32,000 nt of DNA from an archaeon (GTDB lineage Archaea > Iainarchaeota > Iainarchaeia > Iainarchaeales > JANQMZ01): positions 180,001-212,000 of the forward strand of contig JANQMZ010000007.1 of assembly GCA_028279805.1 (NCBI GenBank), read 5' to 3'. Positions 1 through 10,100 of the stretch are shown piece after piece. The notes beneath the pieces were generated by a model that saw only the letters and a program-made list of their open reading frames with translations, was not told the DNA's origin and did not search any database. How positions within the stretch are numbered: the first letter of the stretch is position 1; the number at the start of each line of letters is the position of its first letter. The position numbers were made by a program, and so were the translations under genes.

Positions 1-1
1 C

Positions 2-1192
2 ATTGTTGGTGATGTTTTAACTGTTACCAATACTGTGCTGAATGGAGAAGACTTGGATGGAGTTAGTGCTTTGTTTGGCGGAATAGGAATTGACGTTAAT
101 CCAAACAAAGGCGATGTAACTGTTTCAATTGCTGATGTTGTTGCTTTGCTGTCCGGGAGAAGCGGCGGACAAACCTTAAGCGGGGGAATTAATGCTGGTG
201 AAAACCTGAATCTGGAAAGCACCAGTGATTCAACAAAAGGCCTGATTAATTTGTTGGATGATGTGAGGGTTGATTGTTCTGGTGATGCAAACGTTGCCGA
301 TTTGACTGCTTGCGGAACTTTGCGATGGGAATCAGCTCAGAGTGGTTTGATAGTTTCTCCTGTTCTTGAAGGTGCTGGCAAACCGGGAATAATCACTTAT
401 TTGGATAATGAATTGTATTTGGGAGCAAATTCTGCAACCGGTTTAATCATTAATGAGTTTAATGATGTTATTGTTGGCAGTGCAACTCCTTTAACCGGTT
501 CAAAGCTTAATGTTATTGATAATTTGTCAAATAAAATTGCTTTAAAATTAGCCAAAGACATTTCAAATGCTGTTGTTCCTGTTGTTCAAATCAGGCAGGA
601 TAACCCGAATGCCGGTTCAAATGTTTTGAATTTGGTGCAAAATGATTCAGATGAATCCTTTATGAAATTCACTGGTTCAAAAGGAAATGTTTTGTCAATT
701 GATTCTAATTTGGATAAAAAAATAACTTACATGCTTAAAACGGAAATGGAGTCCGGTGTAAGTGAAAATGTTTTTGTTCCTGTTTTTGTTGATGCTGCTG
801 ATTCAAAAAATGTTACTGGTTTTAGTAATGCAACCGGAAACTTTTCAACTGTTTCAACTCAATTTGTTGATGTAACCAATCCGGCTGATTTTAATATTAC
901 TTTGACAAAGAAAAGCACTGTTATTTTGACTGCAATGATTCCTCACACCAATACTGTAACCAATTCCTTTAATCGTTTCAGATGGGTTTTTGGAAATAAT
1001 ACTTCTTCAAGCATGTCTCAAAAAATGCATGGTGCTGTTTATACAACCAGAGTTCCCGGAATTTTTAAAAATGTTGAACCGGGAACTTATAATGTAAAAC
1101 TGCAAATGGAAGTAAGTGCAGGAACGGGAATAATTGGTTACACTCCTGGCAATTCTGTTGCTCAATTGATTGCAGTAAGCTATGAGGAATAA
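2..1192 (+). CDS. Putative surface or tail-fibre-like protein, 5'-truncated by the window edge
   Basis: The ORF called from GTG at 35 is open in frame back to base 2 (IVGDVLTVTNTVLNGEDLDG...). It contains the motif GGQTLSGGINAGENLNLESTSDSTKGLI, which resembles repeats in phage tail-fibre-like and surface proteins, followed by a beta-rich Thr/Ser/Asn-rich C-terminus. Confidence 0.6.
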   Translation: MVGDVLTVTNTVLNGEDLDGVSALFGGIGIDVNPNKGDVTVSIADVVALLSGRSGGQTLSGGINAGENLNLESTSDSTKGLINLLDDVRVDCSGDANVADLTACGTLRWESAQSGLIVSPVLEGAGKPGIITYLDNELYLGANSATGLIINEFNDVIVGSATPLTGSKLNVIDNLSNKIALKLAKDISNAVVPVVQIRQDNPNAGSNVLNLVQNDSDESFMKFTGSKGNVLSIDSNLDKKITYMLKTEMESGVSENVFVPVFVDAADSKNVTGFSNATGNFSTVSTQFVDVTNPADFNITLTKKSTVILTAMIPHTNTVTNSFNRFRWVFGNNTSSSMSQKMHGAVYTTRVPGIFKNVEPGTYNVKLQMEVSAGTGIIGYTPGNSVAQLIAVSYEE

Positions 1193-1258
1193 TAAACTTG
1201 TTTGGTTTTAACCGAACAAAATACTATTATTTAAAAACTTCAAAAACAGGGTTTTAGT

Positions 1259-1693
1259 ATGAAGAGAGTTTTGTTAATCTTAGGTTTGATTATTTTAGTT
1301 GGCTTTGTTTATGGAGCAGAAATGATTCGAGATACTGGAGAAAACGATTTGAGTCCTTATTACCGTGTTTCCGGAAGCCCTTATCTTCGCCTTCCAGAAA
1401 GCATGAAAAACTGGCCTGCTGTTTCATTACCTGAACTTGAAGAGCTTCCAGAAGAAAGTGATCCTGGAGAAGTTGTTGAATACAATGCGCTAACTAAAAA
1501 AGTTGTTAGATATCCTATAAAAGAAAATTTGTCAAATAATAATTCTAATTCCTCTTCATATCTTGGTTTGTTGTCTTTAGCTTTTCGGGAGAATCAACAA
1601 CTAATCGCTTCTGAAATTTTGTTTTCGTCATTTGTTTTTGCTGGTACTTTGGGTGTGGTAATATTTTTTGGAAAAAGTTTTTGGTTGCTTTAG
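1259..1693 (+). CDS. Hypothetical secreted or membrane protein with N-terminal signal peptide and C-terminal TM helix
   Basis: N-terminus MKRVLLILGLIILVGFVYGAE is signal-peptide-like; C-terminal hydrophobic stretch LFSSFVFAGTLGVVIFFG. Confidence 0.6.
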   Translation: MKRVLLILGLIILVGFVYGAEMIRDTGENDLSPYYRVSGSPYLRLPESMKNWPAVSLPELEELPEESDPGEVVEYNALTKKVVRYPIKENLSNNNSNSSSYLGLLSLAFRENQQLIASEILFSSFVFAGTLGVVIFFGKSFWLL

Positions 1694-1845
1694 GTTTCTG
1701 GCTTGTTTTGTTTTTTTCTTGGCATTAATATTTTTTGAAAGCATTGGTCACTACATAATATCTTTATAAAATTGACTGAATTCTTTAACAATAACCTTAA
1801 CTGAATGTTTTTCTTTAACACTTCTGAGTGATTTTTTTTATAAAG

Positions 1846-2982
1846 TTATTCAACCCTTAATGCTTCAACTGGGTCCATTTTTGAAGCCATGTAAGCTGGG
1901 TATAATCCTGCGAATAATCCGATTGAAACTGAAAACAAGAATACTTGGATTAATAATATTTCTGAAATGAAAACTTTTAAGCCGGATAAAAAAGAAATGT
2001 ATAAAGATAATCCGACACCTAAAATTATTCCGATTAACCCTCCAAATATTCCTAAAATTATTGATTCAAATAAAACCATTTTCATAACATTTTCATTGGT
2101 CCAACCGCCCGCTTTTAAAGAACCAATTTCTTTAAAACGTTCAAGAACACTCATTAGCATTGTGTTAACAATTCCGATTCCGGCAACTATGGCTGAAATT
2201 CCTGCAACAGCAACAACTAAAAGCCTGAACCCGTCCAAAATTATTGCAAAGTCCTGTGAAAATCCTGAGGCTGGTGTTGCTTCCAAGTCATTTTTAAACC
2301 TTAAATTGATTAATTCTGCAATTTTTTTTTCCTGGGAAGGGTCATCAACTTCAACAGAAAACTGCCCTGTTTTGTTTTTTGAAAAATTTAACACATCACG
2401 AGAATCATTTAAAGTCATTAAAACAGAGGAATTAAGCAAAGCAGAGCCTGTTTTGTAAACGCCGACAATTCTGAAAGTTTCACCATTAACTTTAACTTTG
2501 TTGTTTAAAAACTTGTTATAAATATCCATAAAATCTTCTCCCACAACCACAACGCCGGAATCAGTTGCTTTCAAAGAACGCCCCTGAATAATTTCACCGC
2601 CAACTCCAGCAGCCGTTTCAAAAGAACCTTTGCTATAATCAGAACCGATTATTCTAACCGTTGCTGTTCCAAACTGAACAGGTTCACCGTCAACAGTTTG
2701 CGCTATTTGAAAAATTGTTCCGATTGCTTTTTTTACGCCCTGAACAGATTCAAGTTTTTGTTCAAAAGACATGTCAATTTCAGAAAATAACGGGCCGGCT
2801 GCCCCTTTTTGCAAAACCCTTATGCCTTGCACCTGGGAAACCGCGTTTTGCAGATCCCTGAACTGCCCGTCAGCCAGTGAAACCATTACAATTATTACCA
2901 TTACCCCAATAACAATTGCAAGCAAAGAAATAATTGTACGGGTTTTTCTGCGAAACAAATTGGAATAAGAAAGCTTAATCAT
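1846..2982 (-). CDS. ABC transporter permease, FtsX/MacB type
   Basis: N-terminal SNLFRRKTRTIISLLAIVIGVMVIIVMVSLADG, periplasmic-type MacB-like domain, and C-terminal FtsX core (SAIVAGIGIVNTMLMSVLERFKEIGSLKAGG). Overlaps the ATPase gene by 4 bp. Confidence 0.93.
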   Translation of the reverse strand: MIKLSYSNLFRRKTRTIISLLAIVIGVMVIIVMVSLADGQFRDLQNAVSQVQGIRVLQKGAAGPLFSEIDMSFEQKLESVQGVKKAIGTIFQIAQTVDGEPVQFGTATVRIIGSDYSKGSFETAAGVGGEIIQGRSLKATDSGVVVVGEDFMDIYNKFLNNKVKVNGETFRIVGVYKTGSALLNSSVLMTLNDSRDVLNFSKNKTGQFSVEVDDPSQEKKIAELINLRFKNDLEATPASGFSQDFAIILDGFRLLVVAVAGISAIVAGIGIVNTMLMSVLERFKEIGSLKAGGWTNENVMKMVLFESIILGIFGGLIGIILGVGLSLYISFLSGLKVFISEILLIQVFLFSVSIGLFAGLYPAYMASKMDPVEALRVE

Positions 2983-3707
2983 TTTGTTCTTTTCTCCGTG
3001 AATTTTCTCACACGATGATTTCTATCAATTTTGCTTAACTCACCGTCTTTCATTATAAATTTTTTTGAAGCAATTTTTAACAAATCCTGATTATGCGTAA
3101 CAATTACAAAAGTTTTTTTTTCTTCCTTGTTTAAATTTAGCATCAAATTAATTATTTTATCACCGGTTAAAGAGTCAAGGTTTCCAGTTGGTTCATCTGC
3201 AAAAACAATTTCAGGGTCATTAATCAAAGCACGGGCTATGGCTACACGCTGTCTTTCCCCTCCGCTTAATTCTGACGGTTTATGATGCATTCTTTCCTTT
3301 AAACCAACCAAATCCAGCAAATTTTCTCCGCGTTCCCTGTAATCTTCCTGTTCACCGTCCAACGGTTCAGTCGGAATTAACACGTTTTCCAAAGCATTCA
3401 AAGTGGGAATCAAATTAAAAGTTTGAAAAATAAAGCCAATTTTTTTTCTTCTAATCATGGCTAACTCCCATTCATCCAGTTTGGAAATTTTTTTACCGTC
3501 AATCAAAACTTCTCCTTCTGAAGGTTTGTCTAAGGCGCCTAAAATGTGCATTAGCGTACTTTTTCCCGAACCGGAAGGGCCGACTATTACAATAAAATCT
3601 CCTTTTTCAATTTGAGAAGAAACTCCTCGCAAAGCATGAACTGTTGTCATTCCAAGCTTGTAAACTTTTGTAACTTTTTTTGATTCAATTAAAGTCATTT
3701 TAACCAC
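2979..3707 (-). CDS. ABC transporter ATP-binding protein (LolD/MacB-like)
   Basis: Walker [10 protein letters not shown], signature [15 protein letters not shown], Walker [13 protein letters not shown]. Confidence 0.97.
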   Translation of the reverse strand: MVKMTLIESKKVTKVYKLGMTTVHALRGVSSQIEKGDFIVIVGPSGSGKSTLMHILGALDKPSEGEVLIDGKKISKLDEWELAMIRRKKIGFIFQTFNLIPTLNALENVLIPTEPLDGEQEDYRERGENLLDLVGLKERMHHKPSELSGGERQRVAIARALINDPEIVFADEPTGNLDSLTGDKIINLMLNLNKEEKKTFVIVTHNQDLLKIASKKFIMKDGELSKIDRNHRVRKFTEKRTK

Positions 3708-4851
3708 TCCGAATTGCTTCCACGGGATTCAACTGTGAAGCTTTTATTGCAGGATAAATTCCTGATATTAATCCAACAAACAATGCAAATAAAAATGCCT
3801 GTAACAATAATTCAACGCTTACAAAAGTTCCAATTCCAATAGCATTTTCCAGGAATCCTGCAGCGCCTATCCCAATAACAATTCCTATTATTCCTCCAAT
3901 AATTCCCAAAAACATTGCTTCATACATTATCATTTTAATTATTTGAGTATTATTCCAGCCAACAGCTTTTAAGGAACCGATTTCTTTTGTTCTGTCCAGA
4001 ACGCTCATAAAAATTGTGTTGGCAATCCCGACTCCCGCCACAATTGCAGATAATGCTGCTATGAAAAAAACCATTACACGCAGGTTATCCATAATTGGGG
4101 AATATTGTTCTGAAAAGCCTGAAGCGGATGATGCTTCAATTTCTGTTCCGTGTTGAAAATTTATTAATTTTGAAACTTTTTTATCCTGGGTCGGATCATC
4201 TAATTCAATATAAAAATCTGAAAAAAATTCATCGCCAAAATCTGAAATTTCTTTTGCATCATCTATGTTCATTAAAGCCATTGTTTCCCATAAATCTGTT
4301 CCGGCCTGAAAAATTCCTTTTATTCTGAATTTTTTTCCGTTAATTTTAATGCTTGAACCTACAAACAAATCTTTGTCATCAGCAGCGGTTTCACCTAAAA
4401 GAATCCATCCCTTGTCATTTGAGGTTATTTTTTTTCCTTTTATAATGTTTCCAACCCAGCCATCGCCTCTTAAAGAATTGTATTTTTTTGTGTCAACACC
4501 TAAAACATATATTGCCCCGAACAAGTCAACATTGTCCGCACCAAACTGTGCTTTTCCATTAACGGTTGTGGGGATGTGCCATATTTCGGGTACAACCGTT
4601 TTAACTCCCTGAATTTTTTCAAGTTTTTTTTCAAATTTTACATCAATTTTGGATAAAGTCTGGTCAAAAGAATTTTTTTCCATTATAATAACGCCTTGAA
4701 ATTGTCCCAAAGCGTTTTCAAATTCTTTGTTTAAGCCGTCAACAACTGAAACTAAGCCTATTATAGCTGTAACTCCGATAATTATGCCAAGCAATGCCAG
4801 AATTGTTCTTGTTTTGCGCCGGAACAGATTAAAAAATGATAATTTTAACAT
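3700..4851 (-). CDS. ABC transporter permease, FtsX/MacB type
   Basis: LSFFNLFRRKTRTILALLGIIIGVTAIIGLVSVVDG and C-terminal SAIVAGVGIANTIFMSVLDRTKEIGSLKAVG; overlaps the ATPase gene by 8 bp. Confidence 0.93.
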   Translation of the reverse strand: MLKLSFFNLFRRKTRTILALLGIIIGVTAIIGLVSVVDGLNKEFENALGQFQGVIIMEKNSFDQTLSKIDVKFEKKLEKIQGVKTVVPEIWHIPTTVNGKAQFGADNVDLFGAIYVLGVDTKKYNSLRGDGWVGNIIKGKKITSNDKGWILLGETAADDKDLFVGSSIKINGKKFRIKGIFQAGTDLWETMALMNIDDAKEISDFGDEFFSDFYIELDDPTQDKKVSKLINFQHGTEIEASSASGFSEQYSPIMDNLRVMVFFIAALSAIVAGVGIANTIFMSVLDRTKEIGSLKAVGWNNTQIIKMIMYEAMFLGIIGGIIGIVIGIGAAGFLENAIGIGTFVSVELLLQAFLFALFVGLISGIYPAIKASQLNPVEAIRSG

Positions 4852-4860
4852 AAATATTAA

Positions 4861-6093
4861 TTATTGTTCTTTCTTTTTTCTTGAATCAATAAATCTGAAA
4901 ATATTTTTATAAGTAAAATTTAAAACGATTGCAAGAATTATCAGCAAAATAACTGGAGTAAAAGGAAATTCAATCGGGCGTGCATGAACAAATAATTTAT
5001 AAGTTTGTTCAACTGATTCTTTTTCATTTGATTCATTAATAAAGGAAATTTTTATGGTTAAATCATTTTCACCTAATTGTAGTCCTTGTCCTGAAGCAAT
5101 CAAGTCAAATATTGCGGCACCTGAATCATCTGTTTCAATATTCCCAATATAACTTGTTTTGGCGCCAAGCAAAACATCGTTATCCAAAACGGAAACTTCA
5201 ACTGCTTTTGCATCTTCTTCTCCAATATTGTCAATCTGAATTGAAAAAGCAAACGCTGAGCCCAGCATTATTGTTTTTTCCAAGGATTCTGGAACATTTT
5301 CAACGGAAAAATCAATTCCTGAAACTATTAAGTCAGGTTTTCCCAGAACATCTAATGTGATTTTTTCAATCGTAGGATCTCCACAATCTAAACACGTTGC
5401 ATTAACATCAAAAGAAAATAATCCCGGTGTAATTTTGTTGGCTGGTTTTAAAACAAAAGTAGTTCTTTTTGTTTCACCAATTTCAATATTGCCAACAGTT
5501 TGATCGGTTGCGCTTAACAAAACAAAATCTGAAAATTCTTGCTGTCCTGATTGTGATAATTTTACTGAAACATTTCTTGCTTCCCTTGAACCAATGTTTT
5601 TAACTCTTGTAACAATTTCAACTTCTTCTCCTATGTGAGGAGACGGATCTGTTGATGATAAAAAAACTTCTAAGTCATAAGAATCTGAAACTTTAACGCT
5701 TACGGTTTCAGTTGAATAAACTGTTCTTCCTTTTTCATCATATTCTAATGCCAAAGGAATTGAATAAGTTCCGCCTAAAATGCCTTCATTTGAACTAAAC
5801 TTGTAAGTGTAAGTTTTTTTCTGGTCTGTTCCAATAAAAGGATCTTCTTTTGTTAAATTTTCACCTGAAAAATTTTCACCCAATACAAGGTTGATTTTAA
5901 CATCGGTTAAGGCAAGGCTTTTGCTTCTGTTATGCAGGGTTACCGCTAAAACGATTTCATCACCGGGCCTGACGGTTTCAGGCGTCTGAGTTGTTGAATT
6001 AACTCTTAAAGGAAGTCCTTGTGAAGCTGCTGCTGCTCCAAAAACATTTACAGCCAAAAACAGCAAAACAATTAAAACAAATATTTTTTTCAT
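4861..6093 (-). CDS. COG1361-like extracellular CARDB/Ig-like-domain protein with C-terminal TM anchor, likely accessory to the ABC exporter
   Basis: Signal peptide MKKIFVLIVLLFLAVNVFGAAAA; Ig-like patterns (VRPGDEIVLAVTLHNRS, VTRVKNIGSREARNVSVKL, IQIDNIGEEDAKAVEVSVL); C-terminal TM FPFTPVILLIILAIVLNF plus basic tail. It is 9 bp upstream of the permease. Confidence 0.8.
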   Translation of the reverse strand: MKKIFVLIVLLFLAVNVFGAAAASQGLPLRVNSTTQTPETVRPGDEIVLAVTLHNRSKSLALTDVKINLVLGENFSGENLTKEDPFIGTDQKKTYTYKFSSNEGILGGTYSIPLALEYDEKGRTVYSTETVSVKVSDSYDLEVFLSSTDPSPHIGEEVEIVTRVKNIGSREARNVSVKLSQSGQQEFSDFVLLSATDQTVGNIEIGETKRTTFVLKPANKITPGLFSFDVNATCLDCGDPTIEKITLDVLGKPDLIVSGIDFSVENVPESLEKTIMLGSAFAFSIQIDNIGEEDAKAVEVSVLDNDVLLGAKTSYIGNIETDDSGAAIFDLIASGQGLQLGENDLTIKISFINESNEKESVEQTYKLFVHARPIEFPFTPVILLIILAIVLNFTYKNIFRFIDSRKKKEQ

Positions 6094-6208
6094 TAAAGCA
6101 CACCAAACACTAAAATTCTCATTTATTTATTTGGAAAAAGTATTTAAAGGCTTTTTATAACCGGAAAAAGATTAAAAACAACAAAAGACTTATTTTTCAT
6201 GATTTAAA

Positions 6209-6523
6209 ATGGCTGCAGGACATTCTGGGAGAGGAGGACCAATTCGTGCGGGAATGCATCCCAAAAGGCAAGCAAGGCTTGAAAAAATTAGGAGAACTGC
6301 AAAAAATTTGGAAACAGATTTAAGAGAAGCAATTCAATCAAGCAATCCTGAAAGCGTTGTCAGAATGACGGATAAAATAATTGAATTTGCCGGCGGACCG
6401 GAAGAAAGAACGGAAATAAAAAACAATGAAGGATTAAAACAAGGATTAAATGAAGTAATAGAATTATTATCAGCGATTGAACAGGAAGAAAAAGCAAACC
6501 AAATTCAACAACTAATTAAATAG
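6209..6523 (+). CDS. Hypothetical small alpha-helical protein
   Basis: 104-aa ORF in a clear intergenic slot downstream of a TATA-like element (gtatttaaagg). Confidence 0.55.
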   Translation: MAAGHSGRGGPIRAGMHPKRQARLEKIRRTAKNLETDLREAIQSSNPESVVRMTDKIIEFAGGPEERTEIKNNEGLKQGLNEVIELLSAIEQEEKANQIQQLIK

Positions 6524-6525
6524 AG

Positions 6526-6609
6526 TGCAGGAGGGAGGATTCGAACCTCCGAAGGCACTAAGCCACGAGATCTTGAGTCTCGCTCCTTTGACCGCTCGGA
6601 TACTCCTGC
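6526..6609 (-). tRNA. tRNA-Leu(CAA)
   Basis: Reverse complement: GCAGGAG acceptor pairs with CTCCTGC; anticodon arm CGAGA-CTCAAGA-TCTCG gives anticodon CAA; long variable arm; T arm GGAGG-TTCGAAT-CCTCC; discriminator A; no encoded CCA. Confidence 0.96.
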
Positions 6610-6668
6610 AATTATGATTAAGATTGTTATATTAAAATAAAAGAAAAAGAATAAAAAGAAAAAAGAGT

Positions 6669-7073
6669 TTACTGCCAAAATTCCAATAAGTCGCCTGTTT
6701 TTAATCCGATTAAATTTTTGTCAACGTAAATTGTTCCCCTTTCTCCTGAGTTTAAAAGTTTAACCGGCAAGCCTTTTACTTCAATTTGTTTTAATGAAAA
6801 ATTTTTGCCCTGCAATTCTGATTTCATTTTTTTTTCAAGCCTGCCTCTTTCAACTTTTCCTGTTAAAACAAAATCTTTCCCGACATCATACAAACCGGTT
6901 ACCCTAAAAGAACCGATTGTTTTGCCCGGAATTATTTCAGTTCTTTTTTCAAGTTCAATAGCTTTCCTTGTTTCCCGGTTAACCTCTTCCTGTTTTTCAC
7001 GAATATGTTCCGGAATACAGACCCCAAGCTCATGTTTTTTTTCAGTTTTAAGCAAAGTTTCCAAAAGACTCAT
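6669..7073 (-). CDS. Small protein with EF-Tu domain-2-like beta-barrel, no GTPase domain
   Basis: C-terminal IGSFRVTGLYDVGKDFVLTGKVERGRL...GTIYVDKNLIGLKTGDLLEF resembles translation-factor domain 2 (V.GRVERG.L...GD). The N-terminal ~50 aa are charged and helical. Confidence 0.6.
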   Translation of the reverse strand: MSLLETLLKTEKKHELGVCIPEHIREKQEEVNRETRKAIELEKRTEIIPGKTIGSFRVTGLYDVGKDFVLTGKVERGRLEKKMKSELQGKNFSLKQIEVKGLPVKLLNSGERGTIYVDKNLIGLKTGDLLEFWQ

Positions 7074-7119
7074 TTTATCCCCAAGCTTACTATACTTGTA
7101 TTGAAAAATAATAAAAAGA

Positions 7120-10100
7120 TTAGCCCTTGTTTTTCAGATAATGATCCCAGGGCATTATTTCCAAATCTTCAAGAGAACGGTTGTTTAAAGCACTTACAAT
7201 GGTTTGAGCCAATTGCAGGTTTGTTATTAAAGGAACACCAAAGTCAACAGCTTTTCTTCTGATTAAATATTCGTCTTTTAATTCTTTTTTTGACAAATGG
7301 TCGGATAAAACTATGGCTAACTCAAGCCGGCCGTCACTCAAATAATTTGAAACATTTGGCTGTTTTTCTTCATGCGCCTTAAAAATAAGTTTGCTTTTGA
7401 TTCCCTGTTCTGTTAAAAATTCATGAGTTGATTCGGTTGCAAATAATTTAAAACCCATTTTTTGCAGTAAAATTATTTCATCCAAAAAATCATACCTTGT
7501 TTCATCTCCTGAAATTGAAATTAAAACATTGCCATTTTTTTGAGGCAACTTAAATCCCGCACTTATCAGACTTTTAAGCAGAGCATCATCTAAGTCTTTT
7601 CCCAAACAAGCCACTTCACCGGTGGAAGCCATTTCAACACTTAAAATTGGATCCGCTCCTTTCAGTCTTGAAAAAGAAAACTGCGGAGCTTTAACTCCAA
7701 CATAATCCAATTCCAGACTGCTTTTTTCAGGTTTTTTAAATTTATGATTGGTTATTGCTTTAATTGCATATTCAATAAAATTTTGTCCGAACACTTTACT
7801 TACAAAAGGAAAGCTTCTTGAAGAACGCAGATTGCATTCAATTACTTTGACTTCATTTCTTTTGGCAATCATTTGCACATTAAACGGGCCTGTAATATTC
7901 AAAGCTTTTGCCAGTTGTGTTGCAATTTGCTTCACTCTTCTCATTGTTTCAATATAAGTTCTTTGAGCAGGCAGAACAAGAGTAGCATCACCTGAGTGTA
8001 CGCCGGCATTTTCAACATGTTCGGAGATTGCCCATAAAACTAAATCCCCATTGTTTGCAACCGCATCAATTTCAATTTCTTTTGCACCAATAATAAATTT
8101 TGAAATAATTACAGGATAATCTCTTGAAATTTCAACAGCTTCATTCAAAAATTGTTTCAATTCTTTTTCATTAAAAGCAACATTCATTGCCGCGCCTGAT
8201 AAAACATAGGAAGGACGGACAAGGACAGGGTAACCTGCTTTTTCTGCAAATTTTAAGGCATCTTTTGTTGCTTTTAATTCAGCCCATTCAGGCTGGTCAA
8301 TTCCAAGAGAATCACATAAAGCTGAAAACTTGTTCCTGTTCTCAGCATTGTCAATGCTTTCAGGGCTTGTTCCCAGAACATTGATGCCGTATTCACGGCA
8401 TTTCATGGCAATATTATTGGGAATCTGGCCTCCTGTTGACAAAATCAATCCGAAAGGATTTTCCTTTTCATAAATATCCAGAACACGTTCAAAAGATAAT
8501 TCTTCAAAGTATAACCTGTCGCATTCATCATAATCCGTTGAAACAGTTTCAGGATTAAAATTAATCATGCTTGCATAAAAACCAAGTTTTTGCAGTGTTT
8601 TAATTGCATTAACACCGCACCAGTCAAATTCAACACTTGAACCTATTCTGTAAGGTCCTGAACCCAAAACAATTACATGATTTTTTTTATTAAAAGAAAT
8701 GTCATCATTGTTTTCAGAATAAGTTAAATACAAATAATTTGTCTGAGCAGGATATTCTGCTGCCAAGGTATCAATTTGTTTAACAACCGGAATAACTTTG
8801 AATTTTTTTCTTTTTTTACGCACTTTTTTTTCGGAACATTTTAAATTTAAGGAAATTTGTTCATCTGAAAAGCCAAGTTGTTTTGCTTTTAACATTTGTT
8901 CTTTTGAAATTTTTTTAATGCTTGTTTTTAACAAAACTTTTTCAAAATCAACAATTTTTTTCATCTTATGCAAAAACCATTGATTTATTCCTGAAAGCTT
9001 ATGAATTTTTTCAAAATCCATTCCTTTTCTCATTGCTTTTTCAATTGCAAAAATTCTTTTATCAGTCGGCTGTTTTAATTCTTTTTCCAAAGAATTCAGA
9101 GATTTGATTCTGTGCCATGTTAACCCCGGCACGCCAATGTCAAGCATTCTTAAAGCTTTTTGCAAAGCTTCTTCAAAAGTTCTGCCGATTGACATGACCT
9201 CCCCGACACTTTTCATTTCAGAGCCAAGGCTTTTGGACACTTTTTTAAATTTTTGCAAGTCCCATCTTGGAATTTTTAAAACACAATAATCCAATGCTGG
9301 TTCAAAGCATGCTGTTGTTTTTTTGGTGACAGAGTTTGGCAGGTCAATAAGGCTTTTGCCCAGCGCAAGTTTTGTTGCAATAAAAGCCAGAGGATAACCT
9401 GTTGCTTTTGAAGCCAGAGCAGATGATCTGCTTAACCGGGCATTAACCTCTATAACCTTAAAATCATGCGATTTTGGGTCCAAAGCATACTGTACATTGC
9501 ACTCCCCTACAATTCCCAGGTGCCTGATAATTTTAATGCTTGCTTCCCTGAGAGAATGATATTCTTCATTTGTCAAAGTCTGGCTTGGGGCAATAACAAT
9601 GCTTTCCCCTGTGTGAATTCCCATCGGGTCAAAGTTTTCCATATTGCAAACAGTAATGCAGTTGTCCTGTGAATCACGCATAACTTCATATTCAATTTCT
9701 TTCCATCCGCCCAGATATTCTTCAACCAAAACCTGGGGAGAATGTGCAAAAACTTTGTCAATAATTTCATTAAATTGTTTTTCTGAATTTGCTTTTCCCG
9801 AACCCTGCCCGCCCAAAGCATAAGCTGCTCGAACAATAACCGGAAAGCCGATTTTTTTTAAAGCATTCAAAGCTTCTTTTTTATTATTGCATGCAATGCT
9901 TTTGGGCACGCTTACATTTATTTCCGCAAGTTTTTTGTTAAACAGTTCACGATCTTCTGTTTCCATTATTGCTTTGACCGGCGTACCCAAAACTTTTACA
10001 TTATGTTTTTTTAAAATTCCTTTTTTAAACAATTCAACTCCGCAGTTTAAAGCGGTTTGTCCCCCGAATGCCAGCAAAATTCCTTCAGGTTTTTCTTTTT

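Noticed and set aside
1967-5360. Plus-strand ORFs opposite the ABC exporter operon
   Set aside because: Antisense to strongly supported genes; Lys/Pro/Leu-biased translations with no motifs.
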